The notes under the pieces: model-generated
The model's input: the letters and a program-made list of their open reading frames with translations, nothing else
Databases searched by the model: none
Told to the model about the DNA's origin: nothing
Source: Eledone cirrhosa
Lineage: Eukaryota
Direction of reading: 5' to 3'
Assembly (NCBI GenBank): GCA_964016885.1
Contig: OZ024740.1
Span: forward strand, 244,218,001-244,282,000
Length of the DNA stretch: 64,000 bases
Shown: positions 40,139-55,630 of the stretch, one piece after another
How positions within the stretch are numbered: position 1 is the first letter of the stretch
Layout: every line of letters starts with the position of its first letter
Made by a program: the position numbers and the translations under genes

Positions 40139-40349
40139 TTATAGTTCAACTTTAGGACTGTCAACATTTAGACCAGCTGCTGCTATTTCATTATCCCCTT
40201 CCTCTTCACCATTGCCTTCAATCAGATCTGAGTCTTCGGTATCAGACAAATAGTTGAATTCTCCAGTGTAATGTGTTGGGTAGACAAGCAATGGTTCTGC
40301 TGATAATCCAACCAAATTTCGGGGGAAGAAGAATGCTTTCCATTCATTA
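40139..40349 (-). CDS. COLGALT1: COLGALT last coding exon
   Basis: NEWKAFFFPRNLVGLSAEPLLVYPTHYTGEFNYLSDTED...SPKVEL*. Conserved EPLL.YPTHYTG..Y.SDTE and a KDEL-like C-terminus. Confidence 0.97.
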
Positions 40350-41111
40350 CTGGAAACATAAAAACAAATGATCAACAAACATCATTTTCCCCCATTCTCT
40401 CTCACTCTTTCTTTGTCTCTGTCTTTATCAATAACTCAAAGATATGTCTTAACCTTTTCATTACCAGATTTCTAATGGTATACACTGTCTATGGGTTTCA
40501 ATTAAATTTTAAAATAATAAAATATTTGGAGGAATTTAATAAGATAACTAAGTTTTGCATAAGCTGATATTGAAACTATTACTTAACAAAAATTTCTAAA
40601 ATAAAATTAAGTGGAAAGGTTTTAATATAAGAATAAATATTCTAAATTGAGCAATTTTTATCATAATTCCAGAGCAGTTTCAGGGAGTTTGATACCAAAA
40701 GAGTTAGTATCTATAAGAGTGAATTTCAGTTATTGTGATTTCATAACACACACATCTAATTTCATGATGCACCTGTATAATTTTACAATATGATTGTATA
40801 ATTTCACATTGTGAAATTATGTAGGTGCTTGTGAAATTATACATGTGTATTATGAAATTAGACAGCTGTGCCTCAAAATTATAAATGTGTGTTACTAGAT
40901 TGTCCAAGATTAAAACATTTTATCTCTGATTTTCAGATTAAAATTAAGTATTGGTTATTTATAAAGACCATACACTCCTACTCTCTCATACAAACAAGAA
41001 TCTTGAACCATTCTATGTAGCAGCTATGCAGTCTTTAATTAAACTCTTATTATCCTGTACCACATGAAACCACAATAGAAAAACATTCTTGAAAAGTACA
41101 GAACAGATCTA

Positions 41112-42205
41112 GGAGGTTTGTCCCATAAGTAAGGGTACTTATTTTCCAATGTATGACATAGTAATGCAGCACCTCATTGATATATATATATATGTGTCTG
41201 TTGGTTATGTCCTTGGCTGCTCGTACATACTTGTTTCAACATGATTGATTGAGTCAGTCATGAGTCATCACTGTGATGCAGGAATATATCAAACAACAGT
41301 ATGCGATAAAATTGTGTGTGAAACTCAACAAATCTACTACTGAAACATTTAATTCTTTAACACAAGCTTATGGAGATGTCACTCTATTAAAAAGTAAGGT
41401 TTGAAAGAGGGCCAAGAAAATGTTGAAGACAAATCTCATTCTGGAAGACCAATGTTATTAAAAATGAACAAAATGTGAAAGTTGTGCAAACAGAGGTGGA
41501 AAGAAATCACCAATTAAGTGTTAGGATGATTGCAGAAAAAACAGGCTCGAATAAAAATGCAGTTCAGAGAATTTTAGCAGACCATTTGCATATGTGAAAA
41601 ATTTGTGCAAAACTAGTGCCCGAACACTTGTCGGTGGAGCCAAAAGAGAACCAGTTTGAAATTTGTCATGATTTGAAAGAAAAACTCGAAATTGAGCAAA
41701 ATTCTTGGATAAAGTAATAACAGGAAATGAATTAGGGGTGTTCAAGTAAAATCCAGAGACTGGCACACAAAACATTCTCCTTGTCTAAAGAAAGCACGCA
41801 TAAGCAGATCCAGGGTGAAAACAATGAATATCATTTTTTCGGCAGCCGTGATAATGTTCACATAAATGTGCCTTCTCACACAATACTTTCAATTAGAGAA
41901 TTTCTGGCAAAGAAAAACATTCCCACTCTTCCACATCCTCCCTACAACACAGATTTAGCTCTGTGTGATTTCTATCTCTTCCCTAAGTTGAAATTGATGT
42001 TGAAGGGGCATCATTTTGGGACTTTGGGAAACATACAAACAAACTTAAATAACTTCCGATACTGCTCCAATCAATGGAAACAATGTTGAAACCCCTGTGT
42101 GACTCCCCAAGGGTTGTATTTTGAAGGAGATAACTTGTAATTACATGTATGTCTAATATACATTTAAATAAAACATCAGTATCCTTACTTTTAAGACAAA
42201 CCTCC
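41112..42205 (+). mobile_element. Decayed mariner transposon
   Basis: TA-flanked TIRs ggaggtttgtc..taagtaagggtact and agtatccttactt..gacaaacctcc. Transposase remnants LVPEHL, VITGNE and HPPYNTDLALCDFYLFPKLK (compare WVPHEL, TGDE, YSPDLAP.D). Confidence 0.9.
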
Positions 42206-43019
42206 TATAACTGCATCACATTAAAAATTAAAGTTTTTACTCAAATACTGCAAATTTTCACAACAATATTATAAACATTTTTTAACAAAAATAGTATAAC
42301 AAATCTGCTTTTAGACATTTTCAGCTACAACATTACAGGTTGTTAAAATATATTTATATTTATTGATACAAAAGTGTGTTGCTGTCCTTAAAAGCTTGAT
42401 ATGTTCTTTTTATGAGGGGAGCACCCATTGGTAAAGAATTGTCTTTTTTATATAAGTATTTCTAGCTCTTTTATTTTGTTCTGTTATATGTAAGTACATC
42501 ATATACATGTATATAGCTGTAAGCCATATATAATTTATGTTACATATAAGTACACAATGTACAATACATGTGCACACACATATAATACGTACTTATTTAT
42601 TTGCATATAGAGAACCTTTTTGATATTTTCGCTACATACACACAGAAAACTTTTTTTATTTTTCCTTCAACATTCACTCTCTATCCTTCTCTGAAAGAGA
42701 TTTGCTGTATTCAGACCTGAAGAGGAGATAGCCTCTGCCAATTAAAAAAAAGGCCCTAGAAATGTTGTATGTCAATTCAAAACACCTTCCTCAGGAGTTA
42801 TGGGTCCATACATAATAATAGAAGATTGAGTTCAAGGGAGATAACTAGTGACAGCACTACAAATTTGAGAGAATTCATTTGACATAAGTCGCTATGAGTA
42901 TGTTTAATAAATTAACTATTATAAACTATGCTAGTGGAGAAATGCCATATAATGACAGCAATAGTGCTGAATGTATTTAATTTTTGGAGTACGAGAATGG
43001 TATATCATATATATCAAGA

Positions 43020-44225
43020 TTACACAAAAGGCTTATGGCAAAACTCTCTGCAATGGGTGTGAAGAATGATCTTTTTAACTGGTTGAAATCCTTCATTCTC
43101 AGTCGAAGAGAGGTAGTCATGGTTCTAGGACAGCATTCCTCACCATATGAGATGTCATCTGGTGTAGCACAGGGATCTGTTCTTGGCTCCCTTTTGTTTG
43201 TGGCATATATTAATGACATAGATGCCAACTTAAAGAATGCCACAGTACTGAAATATGCAGATGACATCGAGCTGTACCTTGAGATAAAAAGGACAGATTC
43301 TGAACACCATAGATCTTGCCTGCAATCTGACCTGGACACAAAGCAACAATGGATCACAGACTGGCAACTCAAGCTAGCTGTGGACAAGTGCACCACCATG
43401 CATTTTGGGAGTAAAAACCCAGCGTCCACATACACCCTCCACAACACTAATATCAAGAAGTCTTCTTGTGAACGTGACCTGGTCATTACGGTCAGCAGCG
43501 ATTTGCGTTGGACGAAGCACGTCTCTAAAATTGTCAAGAAGGCCGAGGGTGTCTTAGCATCACTCACCAAGACCTTTGTTAGCCACTCTCCAGCTATCTA
43601 TTTAAAGCTGTACATAGCTATGGTGCGGCCACACTTAGAATTTGCATCACCAGTCTGGAACCACTATCTTGCTCAGAACATTGACCACCTGGAAACTGTT
43701 CAGAGACGTGCAACCAAGTGAATACCCTCCATCAGGCATCTGCCATACTCTGAACGCCTTGCTTCCCTGGGCATGGATACATTGAAGCTCCGACGTCTGG
43801 CAACTGACTTGGTAAACACCCACAAAATTACTAACCATCTTGCCAACAACAACCCTGAGTACCTTTTTGATATCCATGTGTCTAACACACGTGGGCATGC
43901 CCACAAAGTCAAAAAACAGCACAGTTCCCATGACTTTTGGAAACATTTTTTCACACTCAGAGTTGCTGAAGCATGGAACAAACTACCTGCATCAGTTGTT
44001 AGCTGTCGAGACACTGTATCCTTTAAGGCCTCCATGCTTCCCGAGATTCGCCAACACTACACCTAATGTTCGCCCTCCATACACATACACACATGTATAT
44101 CATGACTCATACACTATTCACTTCCCTGACATTTGTATATTATTCTATGTACTATACATGCACCGTTGACGAGTTGTAGTGCACCTGAGCACTTTACACA
44201 ATAATTTCATTAGTATTATTATTAT
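43020..44225 (+). mobile_element. CR1-clade LINE, 5'-truncated
   Basis: SGVAQGSVLG.LLF..YINDI, KYADD, ERDL, VRPHLEFASPVW, LETVQRRATK and WNKLP, with an (ATT)n tail. Confidence 0.92.
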
Positions 44226-45079
44226 ATGAGCAATCATACAAACTGGGAAATATTTTTTTTTTATAAATTTATGGTTGTCATAAGAGAAAACATATAGTTT
44301 ATGTTAATTACTGATACATGGAAATTATTAAAGAATGATATTTTAATAATTCATTGATATTTGATATATGATATATAATTCATTGGTATTTGATATTTGA
44401 TATAAAGAAGGATATTTTAAATAATTGGATATAATTACATAAATGTTCAGCATGTATGTACAAATAACATACAGGATTAAATGTATAAATAACTTTGGAG
44501 AAATAACAATTTACAGGGACAAATATAGGGTTAGAATCTAGGACCATGTGATTGGAAAGTGAATTTCTTATTGTATCAACATGACTGACATATGAAATGC
44601 TTTATGTGTACATATGTGTATATAAATTTTAGAGTTACAGATAGATAGATATAAATATACAAACACACATTGCATATTTTTATGGTTAATATTTACAGGT
44701 GATATGTGTGGTGTGTATGGTGTGCATGTGTGTGTGTGTGTGTGCATGTGTGTGTATTAATGACAAGGTTCAATGAGTCATTGAATCTGTTTTGATTTCA
44801 CCAAAATGTCTAACAAAGGGACATTAAACTGTAAGCAATCTCTAATAATCTAGAAATATTGATGTACTGTAACAGTTGTAGTGTTGTAGTGATATATATA
44901 ATAGTAGTAACATAGTATAGTAATAAGATAGAATAGGAATAAGTTAGTATAGTAGTAAAATATCATTCTAGTGTGATAGTATAGCAGTAAGAGAGTATTG
45001 TAGAAAGATACTATAGTGGTAAGAAAGTATTATAGGAAGTATAGTTATACCATTGTATAAGCATAGTAGTAAGATAAAA

Positions 45080-45655
45080 TCTATAATAAAGGGAGGAGAG
45101 CGGGACAGCGTCCGTTTTAGATGTTTTTATCCCGTTAGTAAAATAAGTTGGATTACTTTGAATAAATAATGAATGAATATTACATAATTTCTGTACTAAA
45201 TTTCAAAGCTCTTCATTAAACATAAATATTGTTATATATCAAATATTGCTTATTTTAAGATTCACTTCTTTAAAATTTTCAAATGTCAACACTTCCGATT
45301 ACCATCTGTTATATTATAACACTTATTACATCGCATATATAAATATTCATATTTTTCCATCGTTACATAAGTTTTATATTTCCGTCGCTAATTTTATCCT
45401 TTTTTGTTTTCCTAACATTTCAATTTATTATATATGCTGTTTATATATAATATTGTCTTTTTTTAATGTATCATGGATTACTTTACTGATTACAGAAGAT
45501 AGTGTAACACAGACTTCATTCAATTTCGGTGTATATTGTCAATTACGATTTCATTTGACCTATCATATCTACATGCATATATATTTGTGTATAATATAAA
45601 TATGCACACTACACATGCTAGCAAAAAACCACCTGAAGGGTGGTTTTTCTGCTAG
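45080..45655 (+). mobile_element. Non-autonomous Helitron-like element in COLGALT intron
   Basis: A|TCTATAAT...hairpin (45618-45655)...CTAG|T, interrupting a (TAG)-rich tract. Confidence 0.62.
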
Positions 45656-45739
45656 TACCAGTAATCCAGTATAGTAGTAACCTAGTACAGCAGTCAGGTA
45701 GTATAGTAATGAGATAGTAAAAAGTGATAGAAGGCTTAC

Positions 45740-45943
45740 TCTGGATGTCGATCAAACATGATGGGAATATACTCATCAACGGGTATCATTTTGGACAAAG
45801 GATCAGCATCAAACAGTTTTTGAGCCCCTTCAAGGGTTAAAATATAACTTAGGGTCCAGTAGGAATAGTTTGGCCATATCAACATTGTTGTTCCATCTAC
45901 ATCAGGCTCAGGTTTGCGAAATAATCTCTTCCTGCCAAGATAT
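45740..45943 (-). CDS. COLGALT1: COLGALT exon
   Basis: YLGRKRLF...YSYWTLSYILTLEGAQKLFDADPLSKMIPVDEYIPIMFDRHP. Confidence 0.97.
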
Positions 45944-46888
45944 CTGAAAAATAAAGCCAATTTTTTAATTCCATACTTTTATTTTGATGTTGCAATATTA
46001 GCTTCAGTCGTTGTCTAACTCGGGTCAGCCATGATCAAAACAGAAATACAATCACAAGTGTTCTAGCTGTAACCATCTCACCCATTTCCACCAAACAGTG
46101 TACTTAAGATTATATTTTCCACTGCATCTTTGTTTTTTTATTAAGATGAGAGGGTGTGATTGAAGGGAAATTTGGCAACTATTTCTGGACAACTGAACAA
46201 CCATGTAGAAGCTCCACCCCACCTCTATAGCTCCACAGAATTCTCCATACAAATAGAAGTATTTGTAGCATTCAACATCATGGTTTTTACATCTGCTTTT
46301 CCATACTGCCATAAGTTGAATGAGACTTTTTGGGGCAGTATTCTACAACTCAATGCCTTTCTTGATGCTAACTTTGATCTCTTCTTACGGTAAGGTGCAG
46401 ATCTTCACATATCAAACTGTTGAGCTGTGTAACATATTGTTTATGTAGGATATAAACAATGTCACCCAAGCAGTCTCAATGTGAAATGAAGAGAAAAATA
46501 TACAGATATACACAGACAATATATATATATATATATATATACAAACACACACACATATATACATATATATATCTTCGGTATTTTTCATCAGTTTCTGTCA
46601 ATCAATTACACTCACAAACAATTGGTGAACCCAAGGCTAGAGTAGAAGACACTTGGCCAATGTACAACACAGTGGAATTGAACCAAAAACCATGTGGTTG
46701 TAAAGCCAACTTCTTAATCCCACAGCCATGCCTATATAGCCTTGCCTGTGACTATATAACCATGCCTGTGCCTACAACCATGCTGGCACCTAGCCATCTG
46801 TGAAAACCTATTACATATATGTCTTTTAAGGATAATTAGTTGGGATCATTTTAAAGAATGGAAAGAAATAAGAAATTCTAATACATAC

Positions 46889-47016
46889 ACCAGGTCCCAG
46901 TTTCTGACAATATATTCACATTCATAAAGTAATTTCTCAAGTTTTTGTCGGAAAAATATTTCAAAACGGACATCATCTTCAAACACTAATGCTTTCTCAT
47001 GGCCATTGTCAACAAC
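46889..47016 (-). CDS. COLGALT1: COLGALT exon
   Basis: VVDNGHEKALVFEDDVRFEIFFRQKL...NWDLV carries the catalytic EDD motif. Confidence 0.97.
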
Positions 47017-47972
47017 CTACAATGAGAGGAGATGCAGTTGTATTCTCATTCAAAAACTCTGATGATACAAGAAAAAGTGAAACACATGTACATGCAGTAT
47101 ATATAATGTGTTTACAAATAACAGAAGATAATAAAAGAACTAGAACATGAAGTGAGTAGGCCTTGTCAAAATCATAGGCCATTGCCAAATGGTTCAATTG
47201 TACCTCCTCCTCTGTTCTAGCCTGGGTGTAATATATAGATACATTGCCTTAGATGTACTTGACTTTGCATAGTTGAAAGCCACACTCTGACATGCAGTGC
47301 TTTATCATATGAAATACAGGGCAACAAACTGGGAAGGAAAATCACATTTTCTTTACTGCCTATTTTGTTTTTGTATCCCTGCTTTAGGATTTTTTCTCAT
47401 TAATCCTTTCATTACAAAATTTTAAAATAAAAATACACTGTATTTGAATTAATTAGTGATTAATTTAGATGGATTTACTAAAATTATTTTGATTATGAAG
47501 TAATCATAAAAAAACATTTTTATATAAAATTTTGTGGGGAGATTTTAATTTTAATAAGAAGCTGGGTGGAACCAGAGGCAGTTTTAGGTGTTGGTATTGA
47601 AAAGGTTAATGGATTAATCCAGATATAATAGAGCTGTGCTTATGGCCATTTTCAGGGGATCTTCCTGCCTAATGGAAGGAAAGAACGAAGATATCCTCAG
47701 ATTAGAATTTTGGTACAAATACTTGCAGAATGGACCCTGCTTAAAGCACTCATGGACTAGTACTTTATTTTATCCACATTCGAAAAAAATATTAACCTCA
47801 GTGAGATTTGAACTGAGAGTGCAAATAATTGAATTGAATTCAGAGCACAGAGTGCTTAGTGTTGTCCTCTATGTGTGTAGTATATTTATATTGTTAAGTG
47901 TGATAGATAGACATTACTGGTACGAAGGAAGATAGTGAATTTCATAGAAGCTATTTTCATACTATTACTCAC

Positions 47973-48030
47973 ATCTTTCCATATGACAAAGTGACTTAAA
48001 AAGCAACCAATTTCTCCCATTGTCATCTGT
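47973..48030 (-). CDS. COLGALT1: COLGALT exon
   Basis: QMTMGEIGCFLSHFVIWKD carries the GT25 GE.GCFLSH motif. Confidence 0.97.
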
Positions 48031-48106
48031 CTGCAAAATGATAAGAAATATCATTAGATACCGTTTACAATAGAACAGAAAGAATCATTTTTCATCAATA
48101 GTAACA

Positions 48107-49121
<1,015 letters not shown>

Positions 49122-49599
49122 CATCATCTTTTTACGTCCGCTTTTCCCTGCTTGCAAGGGTTGGACGGGTTCTATTCAGCACAATCAGAGCATAATAAAA
49201 TTATATTTGGGAAAAGTAAACAAGATAAGAAAAAATTTCACCTATTTACTTTGATGTCCTTAGAGTAGAGTATAAAATTTGGTTGAATTGGACTGCTTTT
49301 TCTAGCAGCTCCATTACTTGCCATTTTCTACCTATAGCTGCTCTTCTGTTGATCATTAATCATGTGATCATTTTTCCATTCAAAATTATCACAGGTAGTA
49401 AATAACTTGGAAGAATTTTTCTTGATTCAGAAGTTCCCTGAAGAGCTGAGACTTCTCACAGTGCTCAAAAACTGCTATTACTCAGTGAAACTGCAGTTGG
49501 GACATCAAAGTAAATAGGTAAAAAAAATTTCTTACTTGTTTAATTATATATATACAGACTGAACTTAAGTCAAACTATTAAATAAAACAACCTCTCTAG

Positions 49600-50174
49600 T
49601 GATGGTGCCATGAAAATGCACCCAATACACTCTGTATGGGTGGTTGGCGACAGGAAGGCACCTCCCTGTAGAAACCATACCTAAAAGATTTGAGAAAACC
49701 CTTCAGCTGGTCAAAGACACAACAACTTCACTAATGTTGGTGATCTACACAATAAACGCACCCAGTACATGCTGTAAAGTAGTTGGTGATAGAAAGGGCA
49801 TCCAGCCATAGATAGCTTGCCAAACAAAGGGTTTGGAAGATCCTTTAGTTATGTCAAGGACATGACATCCTCCCTAGTGCTGGTGATCTACACAATAAAA
49901 GCACCCAGTACACACTGTAAAGTGGTTGGTGTTAGAAAGGGTATCCAGCTATAGAAAGCTTGCCAAACAAGGAGTTAGAACGATCCTTTAGTTTGTGTCA
50001 AAAGACACTTTTCCTCTACACTTGTTAATGACCTTATGTAAGAGGGATACAAACCTCCTTGGCCTGTCTGGGACATCAGTGGTCCCACTTCAGTACTGAC
50101 TTGGTCTATGTAAGACCCATCAACCCTTGCTAGCAGGGAAGGCAGACATTAAATGATGATGATGATGATGATGA

Positions 50175-50180
<6 letters not shown>
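49600..50180 (+). mobile_element. Second SINE-like family with internal ~135 bp tandem triplication and (ATG)n tail
   Basis: Three copies of gcacccagtaca..gtaaagtggttgg..gaaagggcatccagc, ending gacattaaatgatgatg. A related minus-strand copy lies at 24525-24670. Confidence 0.6.
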
Positions 50181-50220
<40 letters not shown>

Positions 50221-52386
50221 CCAAAGTATAGACAAACTATTAATATATATATATGATAGCATATTCTTTTCAGAGTGTAGTTTCTCTCACAGTAGAATCA
50301 TATCATTTGAGTGGCTATGGTAGGTCACCATTATTTTCAGCCACAGAAGATGCGTAATTTGAGCTCAAAATGCAAAGATTTAGAACAAAAATTGCAAAAC
50401 ATCTCATCTGATGCTCAAACAATTCTATCAATACAGTGCCCCTGGACTGGTACTTTATTTATCTACCTCTAAAGGCTGAAAGACTATGTTGACCTTGTGA
50501 ATGTGTGTGTGGGGGGGGGGGGGGGGGGCATGTGACCTAGTAGTTAGGGTGTTGGATTAATGATCATCATATCGTCATATCATTTGTTCAATTCTTGGAC
50601 TGGTTGGTTCATTGAGTTCTTGAGCAAAACACTCAATTTCACATTGCTCTAGTACATTCAGCTGAAAAGGAGTACCAGCAGTTGCTGGAGGTTAACTCTA
50701 CAATGGACTGGCATCCTGTCCAGAGGGGAGTATTGTACTCCTAGTCACTTAATGCTGATGAAACCAGGATATGTACCAACTTGATAAGACTCCAAGCTTA
50801 GGTCAGATTTTTTATCTCAATTGACATGGATTGGATATAGTTGATGGAAGTCATAAACTGAGAACAAACAATAATTCTGGCATAGAATCAGAAAGAGAAA
50901 CAAAGAATGATGGTATCAGTCCTTCTATCCTTTTGTACGCTTTTTAACTGGAGAATTATACACAACGAACAACTATCTAAAATCAGCTATTGGAGTTATT
51001 TCTCTTATATCAAGTTGTCAACACAATATTATCGAGTTCTAGGAACCTTGTAATCTCAAATTCCACATTACTATTAGATAAGATATCTTCTTCATCAGTA
51101 GCAATTAACATCCATTTTCTCTGCTAGCAAGGGTTGGATGTGTTGTCACTGACCAATCAGTACATAAATGGAGCCACTGACCTCTAGGTTGGCCAGCAGC
51201 AAGCATCCTGCTTACATATGTTCCTGTACTCTATTGACTGTACCAACGAGCTAGGGGCTGACATATTATCTCACACTCTAACAGGTGCATTTTATTATAG
51301 CATCAACACTAAGGAAGCTCCCATATTATTGACACAGCTGAAGAGTCCTCCTGACCCTTTGTTTGGCAGGTTTTCTATAGCTGGATGCCCTTCCTATCAT
51401 AAACCACTTTACTGAGTATACTGGGTGCATTTATCATGTAAGATATATTAATAAATACATAACCTCACACAAGTTTCAAATACACATTTATCTGCACACC
51501 AGAAAGATATTTTCTGATATTTGACACATATGAAACTGATAAATTATCAGAGTGAGTTGCCTTGAATGAACAAGGATTACATAAAATCGAGAGGCGTCTT
51601 TAACCTTAGAAAGGACCAGACAATCTCTAGAGCTAATGTCATGATAAGATGCACCCAGTACACTCTTTAAAGTGGTTGTTATCGGTGACAGAATAGGGTA
51701 GAGAGGATTTTTCAGTTTTGTCAAGGACTTGCTCCTGTCTTCGCAAAGTTGTTGGTGTTAAAAAAGGCTTCTTATGATAAAAATCATGCCAAAATGGAAT
51801 ATACAAGCAAGGCATGGTCCACCAGTCTATCTATGAAAGTAGTAACTCTGGATAGGAACTACTTGAGTCATAATGATCAGCATAGAAAGTCTATGTAAAA
51901 TTACAATGATAATGATGATGAATCTGTAAATTTTAGCAAGGTCATATAAATTGGGCAGGTCTAAACAATAAGTTTAAAAACTTATTGTCATCGAATTGAA
52001 ACGGGACTTTTGTAGTAAATGTGGTCAGAATGTTCTGGAGTTTAAATTACTTGGACTTCTACCTTGCAAATTCTTTTTACTCTAATCATCTTAATATAAT
52101 CATTAAAGTCTGTCTCAATCCTCAAGGCTCATCTGGCTTGAGTTTATCCTGGTTTCATGAGGTAGGAAGTGATAAAGAAAATAAGACACTCATCTGACTG
52201 CTACCGATACTGTTTTTTATTTTTATTTTTTTTGCTGGGTGAACTGGAACACAGTGAAATGATGTGCCTTGTTCAAACACACAACACTCTGCATAATCTG
52301 GGGATCGAACTCATGACCTCATAGGGATCCTAATATATATAATCAAGAAAATGATGTCAGGATGAATATGTTGTAGTAAAACTTAC

Positions 52387-52461
52387 CTTCCATGATAAGG
52401 ATCTGCATAGCCAGGTAGCTGTTTCACACCTAACTGCTTCAAATATGTGTCATTCAAAGTT
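52387..52461 (-). CDS. COLGALT1: COLGALT exon
   Basis: TLNDTYLKQLGVKQLPGYADPYHGR matches LPGY.DPYHGR. Confidence 0.96.
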
Positions 52462-52645
52462 CTAAAACAAACAATCTCTATGTTAATAACAGAACACCAA
52501 TTGTTATTCATAACATAGTCGTCCGAAGGTCAGATTTGATCCAGAAAACATTTGATCAAAAGTTTTCTAGTTGTGCCCATCCCTTTTTTTAATTCAGAGG
52601 TGGTGGTGAGGATAATAATGATGGTGGTGATAATGGTGGTGGTGG

Positions 52646-52692
<47 letters not shown>

Positions 52693-52798
52693 TTGATGAT
52701 GATGGTGGTGGTGGTGAGGGTGGTGATGATGATGATGGATGATGAGGATAATGGTGGTGGGAATGGGGGTGAAGATGATGGCAATGATGATAACTTAC

Positions 52799-52905
52799 TT
52801 TCCATCAACAGCATTCAAAATAAAGACTTCAATGCCCATCTGTCTGAGAGAAGCGAGCATCTTACGTCTTCTTTCTGGACGTCTGATCAAATTAATGAGA
52901 TATAC
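52799..52905 (-). CDS. COLGALT1: COLGALT exon, start of GT25 catalytic domain
   Basis: VYLINLIRRPERRRKMLASLRQMGIEVFILNAVDGK carries the GT25 INL.RR..RR..M and AVDG motifs. Confidence 0.97.
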
Positions 52906-54031
52906 CTGCAAGATACGAGACATTCATTCATTTGAACTCTTATAGAACGGTCTGAGTATGTGTGTGAGAGAGTGTGCAGGTGTGTAGAATGGGGTGTGTG
53001 TGAAATTGTGTGAGTGTGTGCATAGAATAGGGTGCCTGTGGACATGTGTGTTGAAATGTGTGTGTGTGTGCATGTGTGTGGTTAGCAATCAAACAGTAAC
53101 ATTGTGGGGTAGATTGGATCTTTAGTCATGTCAACCTCTCTAATGCTGGTACCACTGTGTATATATACTCTATAAAGTGGTTTGTGTTGTTAGCAGAGGT
53201 ACCCAGCTGTAGAAACCAGAAACATGTAGAATGTATGTCAGCTTCTCCAGTGCAGGTACCAAAAGAGAATACACTTATTGCACTTTGTAATATAGAATAT
53301 GAGGGGGTGGGCATGATCATCTGCACCATCTTAGAATAAAAACATTTTGAATAAAAACTGACTCGGACCATAACGATTTATACAACCCATGCCAGCATGG
53401 GAAAACAGATAAAAATGATGGTAATTATTATTATTGAGAATACTGAGGGGAAAAATGAAAATGACCAAATAACATAATGCAATAATATGGTCTGTGATGG
53501 TCTGTATACAACAAGTGCTTTAAGGCCATTTTACCTGCTAAAGCATGGGTTAACCTTACAAGCCTCATGCCAATGTCCATACTCATCAGGGGGTCTTTTT
53601 TAAGACAAACATTTAGAGCCAGATGTTCTTCCAGATGTTCTTCCTTCATTTGGTTGCCTCTTATGACATGCAAATGTACCTATCCTAAACAGGATGGACA
53701 GTAATATTTGAACTATACATTTGTACTTTATGGTTGAGAAATACTGGGATATGGAGTAGTGTTAGCATTTTGATGACTATATTTCTAATGACTGACGCTG
53801 ATCTTCAAATGATTTTCATAATAACCAAGAATTTGGAGGGATTTAGTGATATAACTAATTTTCTCATTATTAAGCTGGTGTTTAGACTATAACATAACAA
53901 AGGTTCCTTCACAAAATTATGATGGAAGGCTTTCAGATAAATATAAATATTTAAAAACAAATAGTTTATAATGTAGAATCAGGAAAGGTTTCAGGCAATC
54001 TTTTTTGTACCAAAAGGGTTAATATACTCAC

Positions 54032-54108
54032 CTGATCAAAACCAAGTTTACTGGTTTTAACTGGTTGAAAAGAAATTAAAGGAGATGGACGGAGTTCAGG
54101 TTCAATTA
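54032..54108 (-). CDS. COLGALT1: COLGALT exon
   Basis: VIEPELRPSPLISFQPVKTSKLGFDQ (compare K[M/L]GFDE). Canonical splice sites, in phase. Confidence 0.93.
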
Positions 54109-54814
54109 CTGAAATAAGAAAAAGAGAGTATATTAGAATCTATATAAGCATAAAATATATAAAACACTGATACATTGGTAACTCTGGTGAGCATAAAAAA
54201 GTGACTCTACATAGATAGGGCAACATACAAACACAATGCACCCAAATCATAGTTATTCCCAGCAAATAGCTGATAATACAGGGATGTTTTGTTAGTCAGT
54301 CTTGCTCCAATCGTCCAGTATCCATTGTTATTGTTTTCTGTGCTTAGATTTAGACTAGAAATTATTATTATTTGTTGTTGTTGTTTATATTCTGGTTTCA
54401 AAGCTTGCTATAGTTAACTCTGCCTTTCATCTTCCAAATACTGAGGTTGATGTAATCAACTTGATAATGATCATGATTTGTTCAATTCACAAATTAATGC
54501 TGGTGATTATGCTGACTGTGTTTTCAGAATACCAAGCAGTTACATAGGCCTCCAGATATTCAATAAATAAGGTTCCAGTTACAACAAGGAGACATGCTTC
54601 CTATATTATTGCAAGGTTTATTGTTAAGCTGATTACAGAAATTCATTTGATGATATCATTTACCATTTTTAATATTATTTCTTGATGGTGTTACGTACCC
54701 GCTTCTCAAATGTGGTGGATACTTTCTTCTGCACCAGCTTTCACTCTTCTTTCAATTCTGCTTCAAGAACAGTGCTGCCCCAGAGCAGTGGAAAACTGCC
54801 CTTGTCATCCCTCT

Positions 54815-55630
54815 GTTCAAAAATGGTGATCACACGTTGCCTGTCAACTGTTGTCAAGTCAGTCTTACATGCAGCATCACCAAACTGATGGAGTCCTATG
54901 TCAGAAAAACACTCTGGAACTTCTGGAATTTGTGTTGGACAAAGCACATCTCTAAAATTGTCAAGAAGGCTGAGAGTGTCTTAGCATCACTCAGTAAGAC
55001 CTTTGTTAGCTGCTCTTCAACTATCTATTTAAAATTTGTATCACCAGTCTGGAACCCCTATCTTGCTCAGAATATTGATCTCTAGGAAACAGTTCAGAGA
55101 TGTGCAACTAAATGAATACCCTCCATCAGGCATCTACCATATTCAGAACACCTTGCTTCCCTGGGTATGGATACATTAAAGCCCCGACATCTGGCAATTG
55201 ACTTGGTAAACACCCACAAAATTATTAACCATCTTTCCAACAACAACCCTGAGCAACTTTTTGAATTCCATGTCTAACACCCATGGACATGCTTACAAAA
55301 TCAGAAAATTGCACAGCTCCCATGGCTTTCGTAAACATTTTTTTTATGCTCAGAGTTGCTGAAGCATGGAACAAACTACCTGTATCAGCTGTTAGCTGTC
55401 GGGACACTGCATCCTTCAAAACCTCCATGCTTCCTGAAATTTGCCAACACTACACCTGATATTCCCCCTCCATACACACACGCACACGCATGTGTCTGTA
55501 TGTATATCATGACTCATACACTGTTCAATTTTCTGACATTTGTACATTATTCTATCTACTATACATGGCCCTTTGAAGAGTTGTAGTGCACCTGAGCACT
55601 GTACATAAAAATGTTGATTATTATTATAAT
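54815..55630 (+). mobile_element. Second CR1 copy, internally deleted
   Basis: 54935-55630 is highly similar to 43508-44225. It is preceded by VSLTCSITKLMES from the N-terminal RT. Confidence 0.88.

Noticed and set aside
42710-42780. CTGAAGA...GAAA hammerhead-like motif
   Set aside because: Stems I and III do not pair convincingly. At most it is a decayed remnant.
52552-52935. Poly-Met ORF on the plus strand
   Set aside because: It is a (GAT)n tract plus the antisense of a COLGALT exon.
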